Source: an uncultured Gemmatimonadales bacterium
GTDB lineage: Bacteria > Gemmatimonadota > Gemmatimonadetes > Longimicrobiales > RSA9
DNA: 64,000 bases
Direction: 5' to 3'
NCBI GenBank assembly: GCA_963741945.1
Contig: CAVUKA010000003.1
Coordinates: 723,998-787,997 of the forward strand
Position numbers and translations under genes: made by a program. How positions within the stretch are numbered: the stretch's first letter is position 1; every line of letters starts with the position of its first letter. Positions 21,457-30,317 of the stretch are shown here, piece by piece. The notes beneath the pieces are model-generated. The model was not told where the DNA came from, made no database searches, and saw only the letters and a program-made list of their open reading frames with translations.

Positions 21457-22134
21457 ATGGCGAACGGAGATATCGAACGGAGGCCGCGGCGACGCCGTGG
21501 CGCGAACTGGGTTTGGTGGATCGTCGGCGCGCTGGTGATCGTCCTCATCGTCTGGTGGTGGGTTGGCGACTGGGGCGTCAACAAGGACAACGGCTACGCC
21601 CTCGACAACACGGAGCAGGTCGCGCCTGCGCCGGCAGCGACCCCGGCGCCCGGCGCTGCGACAACGGACATCCCGGTGAACGACATCGTCGCGAACCCGG
21701 GCACGTATCGCGGCCAGAGCTTCTCGGGGCCGATCGAGGTGACCGGTGCGCCGACGGCGCGCGGCTTCTGGGCGCAGAGCACGACCAGCGAGCCGGGCAT
21801 GACGAGCGCACCGCGGATCTTCGTGGTGGTCACGGACCAGCCGCAGGGTCAGCCGTTGAACGTTACTTCCGGAGCGCGCTATACGCTCCAGAACGCGATG
21901 GTCCGTGAGTCGTCGGCGGCGAGCACGGTGCCAGGCGAGCCGCTGGATCAGCAGACGCGCTCGATCGTGAGCAGCCAGCCGGTGTTCCTGACGGTGTCCG
22001 CCATGGACATCAAGCCGGCGAACGGGACACAGGGGCAAACCGGTAACCAGCCCGGTGCCTACGGCGGCGCCGCGCAGGATGGCGTGAATGAGCCGGCGGC
22101 GGTTTCGCCGGGCAATGACCAGGGCGGGATGTAA
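21457..22134 (+). CDS. Hypothetical membrane-anchored protein
   Basis: GGAGG SD; basic N-terminus plus one TM helix (WVWWIVGALVIVLIVWWW), then a soluble beta-rich domain. Confidence 0.75.
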   Translation: MANGDIERRPRRRRGANWVWWIVGALVIVLIVWWWVGDWGVNKDNGYALDNTEQVAPAPAATPAPGAATTDIPVNDIVANPGTYRGQSFSGPIEVTGAPTARGFWAQSTTSEPGMTSAPRIFVVVTDQPQGQPLNVTSGARYTLQNAMVRESSAASTVPGEPLDQQTRSIVSSQPVFLTVSAMDIKPANGTQGQTGNQPGAYGGAAQDGVNEPAAVSPGNDQGGM

Positions 22135-22293
22135 CGCACCGCCGCACAGCCGGACGGCGCCTGCCGCGGTCTTTCCGCGGCGGGCGTTCGTGCGTCCGTG
22201 GCGGGCGCGACGCTGCCGGGGGTTCTTTCCTCGCGCCCGGAGCTTGCATATTGGAACGGCTGCAGCAACTCCCACTCAGTCCGAAAGGTGACC

Positions 22294-23178
22294 GTGCATC
22301 GATCCATGGAAGCGCTTCTCGCGGAAGCGCGAGAGCGGGGTGATGCGCTCCCCGACGTCGTGATCCGGATGGAGACATCGGAGAGCGGCCGGAGCGAGGA
22401 GGAGATCCGCGCCCGGGTCCGGAAGACGCTCCAGGTGATGCGCGACGCCATCAGCGAGGGTCTCGCGGGCGACGTCCGATCGCCGTCCGGCCTCACCGGC
22501 GGCCGGGCCGCGCGTCTGCACGCGGACGGGCCCCGCCTGCTGGGGGACCGCCTCACCACCATGCTCTCGCGGGCCATTGCCACGCTGGAAGTGAACGCCG
22601 CCATGGGACTCATCGTTGCGGCGCCCACGGCCGGGGCGGCCGGAGTGCTCCCGGCTATTCTCATGTCCGCGGGGGAGATCCTGGAAGCGGACGAAGATCG
22701 GCTGGTGGACGCCATGCTGGTGGCTGGCGGCGTCGGCGGAGTGATCGCGCACCGGGCGTCGCTGTCGGGCGCTGCCGGCGGCTGCCAGGCCGAGACGGGT
22801 TCGGCCGCGGCCATGGGCGCCGCGGCCGTGACATGGCTCGCGGGCGGCACGCATGAGCAGGTCGCCACCTCGGTGGCGCTGGCGCTCCAGGGGATGCTCG
22901 GCCTGATCTGCGACCCGATCGGCGGACTCGTCGAGATCCCGTGCATCTACCGGAACGCGTCCGCGGCCATGCAGGCGCTCGCGGCCGCGGAGATGGCGCT
23001 CGCGGGCCTGGACTTCCCGATCCCCGCCGACGAGGTCATCGACGTCATGGGTGAAGTCGGGCGGAAGATGCCGGTCGCCTACCGCGAGACGGCGCAGGGC
23101 GGCCTCGCCGCCACGCCCTCCGCCCGCCGCCTCGTCCAGATCCAGCCATCGCGCAGCCCGGCCGGCATCAGCGCGTAG
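22294..23178 (+). CDS. sdaAA: L-serine dehydratase, Fe-S dependent, alpha subunit
   Basis: IVAAPTAGAAGVLP, SGAAGGCQAETG, LGLICDPIGGLVEIPC, YRETAQGGLA. GTG start inferred. Confidence 0.93.
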   Translation: MHRSMEALLAEARERGDALPDVVIRMETSESGRSEEEIRARVRKTLQVMRDAISEGLAGDVRSPSGLTGGRAARLHADGPRLLGDRLTTMLSRAIATLEVNAAMGLIVAAPTAGAAGVLPAILMSAGEILEADEDRLVDAMLVAGGVGGVIAHRASLSGAAGGCQAETGSAAAMGAAAVTWLAGGTHEQVATSVALALQGMLGLICDPIGGLVEIPCIYRNASAAMQALAAAEMALAGLDFPIPADEVIDVMGEVGRKMPVAYRETAQGGLAATPSARRLVQIQPSRSPAGISA

Positions 23179-23213
23179 ACAGAACCCGAAGCCCCTGGAA
23201 CCGAGAACCTGAA

Positions 23214-23879
23214 ATGGTCGGACTCTTCGACATCCTCGGCCCCGTCATGGTGGGGCCCTCGTCGTCGCACACGGCCGGCGCGTGCCGCCTCGGGCTGCTC
23301 GCACGCGCCATTTTCGGCGAAACGCCCGAGCGGGCGACGATCCGCCTCCACGGCTCCTTCGCCGCCACCGGCGAGGGGCACGGCACCCAGCGAGCCATCG
23401 TGGGCGGACTCATGGGCACCGCACCGGATGATCTCCGCCTCCGCTCTGCGTTCGAGGACGCTGAAGCCGCCCGCCTGGACTACCGCTTCGAGACTGTCGA
23501 CCTCGGCGACGACGCCCATCCGAACACGGCCGTCTTCGAGCTCGAGGGCGGCGGCGACACGCTCCACGTTCGCGGCGCGTCCGTGGGCGGTGGCCGGGTC
23601 CGGATCACCGAGATCGACGAGTTCCCCGTCGACCTGGGCGGCGACTTTCACACCCTCGTCCTCGCCGCCCACGACCGCCCCGGGACCATCGCCACCATCA
23701 GCAGCCTGTTCGCCGAGGAGGGCGTGAACCTCGCCACCATGCGAGTGGACCGCACCGGCCGTCACCGGGAAGCGCTCATGACGCTGGAGGTGGACGCGCC
23801 CATCAGTGACGGCGTCCTGGAGCGGGTCCGTGCCTTCGACTGGGTGCTCTGGGCGAGGCGGATCGAACAGATCGCGTAG
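23214..23879 (+). CDS. sdaAB: L-serine dehydratase, Fe-S dependent, beta subunit (ACT domain)
   Basis: FDILGPVMVGPSSSHTAGA, GSFAATGEGHGT, HPNT, SVGGG, DRPGTIA. Confidence 0.93.
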   Translation: MVGLFDILGPVMVGPSSSHTAGACRLGLLARAIFGETPERATIRLHGSFAATGEGHGTQRAIVGGLMGTAPDDLRLRSAFEDAEAARLDYRFETVDLGDDAHPNTAVFELEGGGDTLHVRGASVGGGRVRITEIDEFPVDLGGDFHTLVLAAHDRPGTIATISSLFAEEGVNLATMRVDRTGRHREALMTLEVDAPISDGVLERVRAFDWVLWARRIEQIA

Positions 23880-24028
23880 GCCTCTTTCTCCGTCGAGAAC
23901 CTACCGCGCCGCCGGCGGCGGTCGTATCGTGGACAGCGCCGCATGCTGAACCTCCCGCCCGCGCCGGTGGACCGGCCGCACAGTGCCCGCCCGCGGAGAT
24001 CACGCAACGTCTTGCCGGAGAGAGCATC

Positions 24029-24370
24029 ATGGAAACGATGACCACGCCGACGGACACCACGATCGTGATCGGATTCAGGGACGGTGTGCTGACGTTCACC
24101 GACGCGCAGACCGGGCGGGACGCCACCGTTGCCCATGCGTGGCCCGGTCGGACCGTCGAGTGGACAGCCGAGAGCCCCGTCGACCAGTGGGTGGTCATCC
24201 TCGAAGAGAATGTCCCTTTCGGTCACCGCCTCCTGGCCAGCTCGGGCAAGCACGGCGGCACGGTCGAGGGTCGTGGAAAGCTGGAGGCCATCAAGTACTG
24301 GGTGGTGGGCATCGTGGAAGGCGAGATGAAGGTGATCGATCCGATCCTGGTGATCCGGGACCAGACGTAG
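24029..24370 (+). CDS. Small beta-rich hypothetical protein
   Basis: GGAG SD; 113 aa ending KYWVV...IDPILVI. Confidence 0.7.
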   Translation: METMTTPTDTTIVIGFRDGVLTFTDAQTGRDATVAHAWPGRTVEWTAESPVDQWVVILEENVPFGHRLLASSGKHGGTVEGRGKLEAIKYWVVGIVEGEMKVIDPILVIRDQT

Positions 24371-24446
24371 CAGCCGCGGCCAGCATGGAGGCCGCTGCGG
24401 AGCTTCCGTCCGTCTCACCCGAGCGCGGGGCGTCCGGCCGCGGCCC

Positions 24447-26333
24447 CTACTCCGCCGGTCTCACGAGGCGGATGAACGCCGGATCGGAGTGCAGGGGATG
24501 GAAGATCCAGTCGCGGGCGGCTACGTCGCGCCAGGAGGGATACTCCTCCAGGTAGCGCCGCAGGAGATCGAGCGCTCTCGGCAGGTCGCCGAGCTCGACC
24601 GCGATCTGCGCCTCATCGTAGCCCCACAGCGCGGCGGGCTCCTCGCCGAGGGCCCTGTGGACGATGGACCACGCGCTGTCCGCCAGCCCCGCCCGCGCGG
24701 CCGTTTTCGCCACCTGTAGCGCGCCGAAGAGGCGGAAGTCGCTCTGCCTGCCCGCGCTGGCGGAGACGACGAGCGTGTCCACGAGGCTCCAGGCCCGGTC
24801 CACGTCCGGCTCCACCTGCGGGAACGTACCGAGCACCATCAACTCCAGCTGGAGCAGGCTCGCGTCTTCGGGATAGCGGGCGCGCCCCTCGACTACCTGC
24901 TTCACGACGGCGTCGTCGGGGCCGAACTGCATGGTGCTGTAGGCTGCCGCGAAGAGCGCCGCGGGCTCCCGCTCCAGGAACTGATCGGCCTCGATGGCGT
25001 GCTGCGCCGCCAGACGCGCTTCCTCGAACCGTGCCTGATTCGTGAGCATGACGCTGAGCTCGCTCCACGCCGCGGCGCGGTCCGGATCGATTTCCACGGC
25101 CCGCCGGAGGTCGCTCTCGGCCAGGGCCTGCATGGCGGACAGGTCGCCCGACAGCGCAGGTGCGGATCGGGCACGGACGATGCCACGCAGCTCCAGCGCC
25201 CGCGCGGAGTCGGTGCCGAGGGCGACCGCGCGTTCCGCGTGCTCCAGCGCGCGCCGGCACCAGGCGGAGTCCGGCACGGTGGCGGAGCCGGTCGCCACGG
25301 CCATGGCCCTCGCCACGCCGCCGCGCCGGAGCGGCGGCTCGATCCACTGGGGGTCCAGCCGCTCCGCCCTTGCCAGGAGGGAATCCTCACGCAGCAGGAC
25401 CGCCCGGGCCGCCGCCACACTCTCGGTCCGGAGCGTGTCGTAGTCGGCCTGCAGCCGTCCGGCCCGGGCGACGAGTGCCCACGCCTCGTCGCTCTGGTTC
25501 CCCTGCCGCTGGCGGCGGAGCTGCAGCTCGCCACCCAGCACCTTGCGGAGCGCCCGGGCCACGCCCCCGACCAGGCTGTCCTGGAGCGCGATCCACTCGC
25601 CCACCGGCGCATCCACGTACTCGCTGTGAACGTGGCTCAGGTCGCTGCCGCGGATGAGCTGGAAAGTGACCCGGATGTCGCCGCCGGGCCCCGGCGCCAC
25701 GCTCCCTTCCACGATGCTGCCGGCCCGAAGCGCGGTCACCATCTGGTCGATGTCCACCTTCTGACCCCGGTACGGCTTCACGCCGTTGCGCGAGATCACG
25801 TCCAGCGAGCGCACCTGCCCCAGCTGGTGGATGAGCGCTTCCGTCAGCGCGTCGGCCAGGAACGCGGAGTGGCCGTCCTGCGTGTAGTCGTCGAAGTAGA
25901 GGACGGCCACGCGCGCGGGGTCCAGCGGCTGCGGGTCACCGATGCCCGCCTCGGTCGCCGTCGTCTCACGCACGCCCCAGAAATGCCAGCCGGAGACACC
26001 CATCCCGACACTCAACAGCACCACGAACAGGACGAGGACGATCCGCCCGCCCCCGCCCAGGAACTCGCTCAGTCGCTTTCCCGTCTCCGCGCGCACCCCG
26101 CCACCCGTGAACTGGAGCGCCCAGGCCAGGACCACCGCGATCGGGAAGCCCGCCGCGCCCACGATGATCGCCAGGTCGAGGAGCCAGAAAGGGTAGCCCA
26201 GGGCGGAAACGATGATCGTGTCCACGAACTGGACCACCGCGTACGCGGCCACGAGGTACAGGATCGCGGCCCGGGAAACGCGGCGTCGTCGCAGCTCCTG
26301 AAGGAACGACCGGAGGCGTGATCCGATCGGCAT
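24447..26333 (-). CDS. Membrane protein with TolB_N-like domain and TPR repeats
   Basis: ELRRRRVSR N-terminus with 3 TM helices; VAVLYF...LDVISRNGV...IVEGSV; helical TPR region; C-terminal FHPLHSDPAF. Confidence 0.8.
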   Translation of the reverse strand: MPIGSRLRSFLQELRRRRVSRAAILYLVAAYAVVQFVDTIIVSALGYPFWLLDLAIIVGAAGFPIAVVLAWALQFTGGGVRAETGKRLSEFLGGGGRIVLVLFVVLLSVGMGVSGWHFWGVRETTATEAGIGDPQPLDPARVAVLYFDDYTQDGHSAFLADALTEALIHQLGQVRSLDVISRNGVKPYRGQKVDIDQMVTALRAGSIVEGSVAPGPGGDIRVTFQLIRGSDLSHVHSEYVDAPVGEWIALQDSLVGGVARALRKVLGGELQLRRQRQGNQSDEAWALVARAGRLQADYDTLRTESVAAARAVLLREDSLLARAERLDPQWIEPPLRRGGVARAMAVATGSATVPDSAWCRRALEHAERAVALGTDSARALELRGIVRARSAPALSGDLSAMQALAESDLRRAVEIDPDRAAAWSELSVMLTNQARFEEARLAAQHAIEADQFLEREPAALFAAAYSTMQFGPDDAVVKQVVEGRARYPEDASLLQLELMVLGTFPQVEPDVDRAWSLVDTLVVSASAGRQSDFRLFGALQVAKTAARAGLADSAWSIVHRALGEEPAALWGYDEAQIAVELGDLPRALDLLRRYLEEYPSWRDVAARDWIFHPLHSDPAFIRLVRPAE

Positions 26334-26635
26334 GGGGCTCTTCTGCGGGTTGGGGGCAAGCCGTGCGGTGTACTGTTTCACTATGCCAGACGGCGGCGGC
26401 GCGGACAAGAGTGGTGATCGCGCCGAGTTCGCCGGGTCATGGCCATCGGGAGCCACCACCGTGCACCTGCGGGGGCACACGGATCGACTGCGAAGACCGG
26501 TCCACCCCCGCCCCCCCTTTCCCCGCCCCGCCCCCGCCCGCATCATCCGGGGCGCCCCGCTCGCCAGTCAGAGCCGTGAATCAGTCGGGGAACGACCCCG
26601 CACAGGGGCGGGGCCCATGGAGCGCATGACGCAGA

Positions 26636-28762
26636 ATGCCTGAACACGATGACCGATACGGGGCCATCCGCCCGCCCGAAGAGCTGAATCCGAGGCGGGA
26701 GGCGGCCCTCGATTTTGCCGACCGCCCGCTGAAGGAGATGACGGCTGCGGATTACGACGCCATCGGCTTCCTCTCGGGGCTCGAGGTGCACCAGCAGCTC
26801 CGCACGCCATCGAAGCTGTTCTGCCGCTGCCCCGCGGGCCGACGGGCGGACCGTGCGGACGCCGAAGTGCTGCGGCACATGCGCCCCACGCTCAGCGAGC
26901 TGGGTGAGTACGACGGCACCGCGCTGATGGAGTTCAAGACGCGCAAGGAGATCGTCTACCTCCTGGAGCGGGGCACGGTCTGTACGTACGAGATGGACGA
27001 CACGCCGCCGTTCCCCGTCGATGACGACGCGGTCCGCATCGCCGTCGAGCTGGCGCTGCTCTTCGACCTGAAGCTCGTTTCGGAGCTCCACGTCATGCGC
27101 AAGCAGTATCTGGACGGCTCGATCCCCACCGGGTTCCAGCGCACGGCCATGGTGGGCGTGGGCGGGAGCATCCCGTTCCGGGTCCCGGAGCTCGGTGTGG
27201 ACCGGCCGCTCTCCATCCGGCAGCTGTCGCTGGAGGAGGACTCCTGCCGCGAGGTCAGCGACCTCGGCCACCGCATCGTCTTCCGCGCCGACCGGCTGGG
27301 GGTCCCGCTCACCGAAGTGGTGACGGAGCCCGAGCTGCGGACGCCATGGGAGCTGCAGGCCGCCGCGCGTCTCATTGCCCGGACGGCGCGCGCCACCGGG
27401 CACGTGCGCCGCGGCGCCGGCGCGGCCCGCCAGGACGTGAATGTGTCGGTAGCGGGCGGGCGTCGCGTCGAGATCAAGGGCGTGCCCCGCCATCGCGGTC
27501 TGCCGCTGCTGGTTCACATCGAGGCGTTCCGTCAGCTGGCGCTCCTGCGGGTGAAGGCGGAGCTGGAGCGCCGGGGCGTCACCCTGGACCTGCTCCCGCT
27601 CCCGGGGCAGGCCCCGGCGTGGGAAGCGTCGAAGCTGGTCGTGGACGCGTCGTCGATCCTCGCACGCACGGGCCACGCACCCCTCCGCCGCGCGCTGGAG
27701 CGGGGCGACACTGCCGTCGCCGTCCGGCTCCCGGGCTTCGCCGGCCTCCTCGACCGTCCTGCGCAGCCGGGAATCCCGTTCGGCCACGAGCTGGCCGAGC
27801 GCGTGCGCGTCATCGCCTGCCCGATCGAACGCCCGTTCACGACCTGGGCGAACGTCGGCGCCGGCGCGGCACCGGTGACGGCGGGATCGGACGCGGGCGG
27901 CCGCGTCCGCGCGCACCCGGGCGCCGCCGACCTGTCGCGGGCGCACTGGCGGGCGATCGAGCAGGCGCTCGGCGCCGAGGGGGGCGACGCCATGATCGTC
28001 GCCTGGGCCCCGGCCGCCGACGCGGACACCGCCGCCCGGGAGATCCTGATCCGCGCCCGCGAAGCGCTGGCGGGCGTGCCCGCGGAAACGCGCCAGGCGC
28101 GGGCGGACGGGACCACGGGCTTCGAGCGCATCCTCCCCGGCGCCGACCGGATGTACCCCGACACGGACACGCCACCGCTCCCCATCGCGGATGCGCTGAT
28201 CGAGCGGGTGGTCGCCGAACTGCCGGAGACCCCATGGGCGCGGGCGGACCGCTACACCGGCCTCGGCCTCGACGTGCGGGAGGCGCAGCGCCTGTCGGCG
28301 GCGCCGTGGGCCGACCTCTTCGACGATGTCGCCCCGGAGGCAGGCGACGTCGCCCGCACCCTCGCCCGCGCACTCCAGCACCGGCTCCCCTTCCACGCCC
28401 GCCGCAGCGGGGCGGCCCCGCCCTCACCCGAGCGCCTGCGTCCGCTCGTCCGGGCACTGGAGGACGGGGACCTGCTTCCGGCCGCCATGGAGCCCGCCCT
28501 GGACGCGCTGGTCACCGGCCCGGAAGTCGCCGCCGCGGAGATCGTTGCCCGCTTCCGCGCTTCGCCGGAAGCCGCGACAGACGTGGAGACCAGGATCCCG
28601 GATGCCGCGGCGCGGGCGCGCAACCTGGGTCCGGCTGAGCCGGCGGCGGCAGTGCGGCGGGCGATGGGGGAGGTCATGCGGGGGTATCACGGGCGAGTGG
28701 ACGCCGCGGACGTGCGGCGCCGCGTCGTCGCCGCGCTGGGGTTCGAAGTGGAGGCAGCGTGA
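26636..28762 (+). CDS. gatE: Glu-tRNA(Gln) amidotransferase subunit E
   Basis: GLEVHQQL..KLFCRC, RPTLSELGEYD, CTYEMDDTPP, MRKQYLDGSIPTGFQRT, LEEDSCR, DRLGVPLTE, RQDVNVS, RVEIKGV, AspRS-like insertion, GVPAETR, PGADRMYPDTD. Confidence 0.93.
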   Translation: MPEHDDRYGAIRPPEELNPRREAALDFADRPLKEMTAADYDAIGFLSGLEVHQQLRTPSKLFCRCPAGRRADRADAEVLRHMRPTLSELGEYDGTALMEFKTRKEIVYLLERGTVCTYEMDDTPPFPVDDDAVRIAVELALLFDLKLVSELHVMRKQYLDGSIPTGFQRTAMVGVGGSIPFRVPELGVDRPLSIRQLSLEEDSCREVSDLGHRIVFRADRLGVPLTEVVTEPELRTPWELQAAARLIARTARATGHVRRGAGAARQDVNVSVAGGRRVEIKGVPRHRGLPLLVHIEAFRQLALLRVKAELERRGVTLDLLPLPGQAPAWEASKLVVDASSILARTGHAPLRRALERGDTAVAVRLPGFAGLLDRPAQPGIPFGHELAERVRVIACPIERPFTTWANVGAGAAPVTAGSDAGGRVRAHPGAADLSRAHWRAIEQALGAEGGDAMIVAWAPAADADTAAREILIRAREALAGVPAETRQARADGTTGFERILPGADRMYPDTDTPPLPIADALIERVVAELPETPWARADRYTGLGLDVREAQRLSAAPWADLFDDVAPEAGDVARTLARALQHRLPFHARRSGAAPPSPERLRPLVRALEDGDLLPAAMEPALDALVTGPEVAAAEIVARFRASPEAATDVETRIPDAAARARNLGPAEPAAAVRRAMGEVMRGYHGRVDAADVRRRVVAALGFEVEAA

Positions 28763-28838
28763 TGGCCGGGGAGACGCTAGGGGAGGTCGGCCGTGCGGGT
28801 CGGCGGCGGGGCCGGCGGCGGCAGAGGGAGGAGCCGGC

Positions 28839-30218
28839 GTGAAGCGCGGTGGCTATCGGGGGCCGGCATGGGAGGTCATGCAGCGTTTCGGCATCACGGC
28901 GTGGTGCGAAGTGCGGGCGACGACCACGCGGGGCGCCTTCATCGGCCTGGTCCTGCCGCGCTCCGAAACCAGCGATGACCTGCACCTGGTCCTGAAGCTC
29001 GGCTCCGGGTACAACGTGGGCCTCCGTCACGACACCCTGCTCGATCTCGAGAAGATCGGCTACCGGGAAGCGCACTACCGGATCCCGGAGAAGGCGTTCC
29101 CCGTCACGCCCGACCTCCCGCGCGTCAAGCTGCTGGGGACGGGCGGGACGATCGCCTCGCGGCTGGACTACCGCACCGGCGCCGTGATCCCGGCGTTCAC
29201 GCCGGGCGAGCTGTACGGCTCCGTCCCGGAGCTGGCGGACGTGTGCAACCTGGAGACGGAGAAGCTGTTCGGCGTGTTCTCGGAGAACATGGGCCCCGAG
29301 CAGTACATCGTGATGGCCGAGAAGATCGGCGAGGCCATCCGCGACGGTTACGAGGGCGTGATGGTCGGCCACGGCACGGACACCATGCACCACACCGCCG
29401 CCGTGCTCAGCTTCATGGTGCAGGACCCGCCGGTCCCCGTGGTCCTGGTGGGGAGCCAGCGCTCGTCGGACCGGCCATCGTCGGACGCAGCCCGCAACCT
29501 CATCAACGCCGCCTGGGCCGCCGGGCACGGACCGATCGCGGAGGTCATGATCTGCATGTTCGGACCGACGTCGGACGTGTACAACCTGCTCCACCGCGGC
29601 ACACGCGTCCGCAAGATGCACAGCTCCGTGCGCAGCACGTTCCGCACGCTGGGCGACATCCCGCTGGCCATGGTGGAGCACGGCTCCCTCACGCCGTTGA
29701 AGGACGACTGGAAGCCCCGCCGCGACGACCGCGACGTGACCATTCTCGCCGCGTTCGATTCCCGGGTCACCCTGGTCTACTACTATCCCGGGATGCAGCC
29801 GGACATCATCGATGCCCTCGTGGAGCGCGGCTACCGCGGGATCGTGCTGGCGGGCACGGGGCTCGGCCACGTCAATCGCCTGATCTACCCCGCGCTGGAG
29901 CGCGCCCGCGACGCCGGCGTCCAGGTCTACATGACGCTTCAGACGCTCTGGGGCTTCGTCCAGATGCACGTCTACGAGACCGGCCGCGAGATCCTGGAGC
30001 TGGGCGTGGTGCCCCTCGCCAACATGCTCCCGGAAGTGGCGTACGTGAAGCTCGGCTGGGCGCTCGGTCTCCACCCGGACGATCCGGACGCGGTGCGCGA
30101 CCTGATGACCACCACGCTCGCCGGCGAGATGACCGAGCGCGAGCCCCACGACGGCTATCTCATCCTCCAGGGCGGTGTGCCCGAGGTACAGGAAGCGCTC
30201 GCGGGCATATGGCGGTGA
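28839..30218 (+). CDS. gatD: Glu-tRNA(Gln) amidotransferase subunit D
   Basis: GatD-type N-terminal domain (LVLKLGSGYNVG); GTGGTIASRLDYRTGAV, HGTDTM, GSQRSSDRPSSD, GTRVRKMHSS, GTGLGH, MLPEVAYVKL. GTG start after GGAG. Confidence 0.93.
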   Translation: MKRGGYRGPAWEVMQRFGITAWCEVRATTTRGAFIGLVLPRSETSDDLHLVLKLGSGYNVGLRHDTLLDLEKIGYREAHYRIPEKAFPVTPDLPRVKLLGTGGTIASRLDYRTGAVIPAFTPGELYGSVPELADVCNLETEKLFGVFSENMGPEQYIVMAEKIGEAIRDGYEGVMVGHGTDTMHHTAAVLSFMVQDPPVPVVLVGSQRSSDRPSSDAARNLINAAWAAGHGPIAEVMICMFGPTSDVYNLLHRGTRVRKMHSSVRSTFRTLGDIPLAMVEHGSLTPLKDDWKPRRDDRDVTILAAFDSRVTLVYYYPGMQPDIIDALVERGYRGIVLAGTGLGHVNRLIYPALERARDAGVQVYMTLQTLWGFVQMHVYETGREILELGVVPLANMLPEVAYVKLGWALGLHPDDPDAVRDLMTTTLAGEMTEREPHDGYLILQGGVPEVQEALAGIWR

Positions 30219-30317
30219 CTCCCCGCCTGATTCCGCGGCGGCGGCCCGGTAGTCAATGGGCCGCCCCCGGGCTACCTTTCGGGCTGCTCCATGGCCTGCA
30301 ATGACGACGATGCCTCG

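Noticed and set aside
26636-30218. Ordinary bacterial gatB plus L-asparaginase
   Set aside because: GatE-specific motifs and insertion and the GatD N-terminal domain are present, and no gatA or gatC is adjacent.
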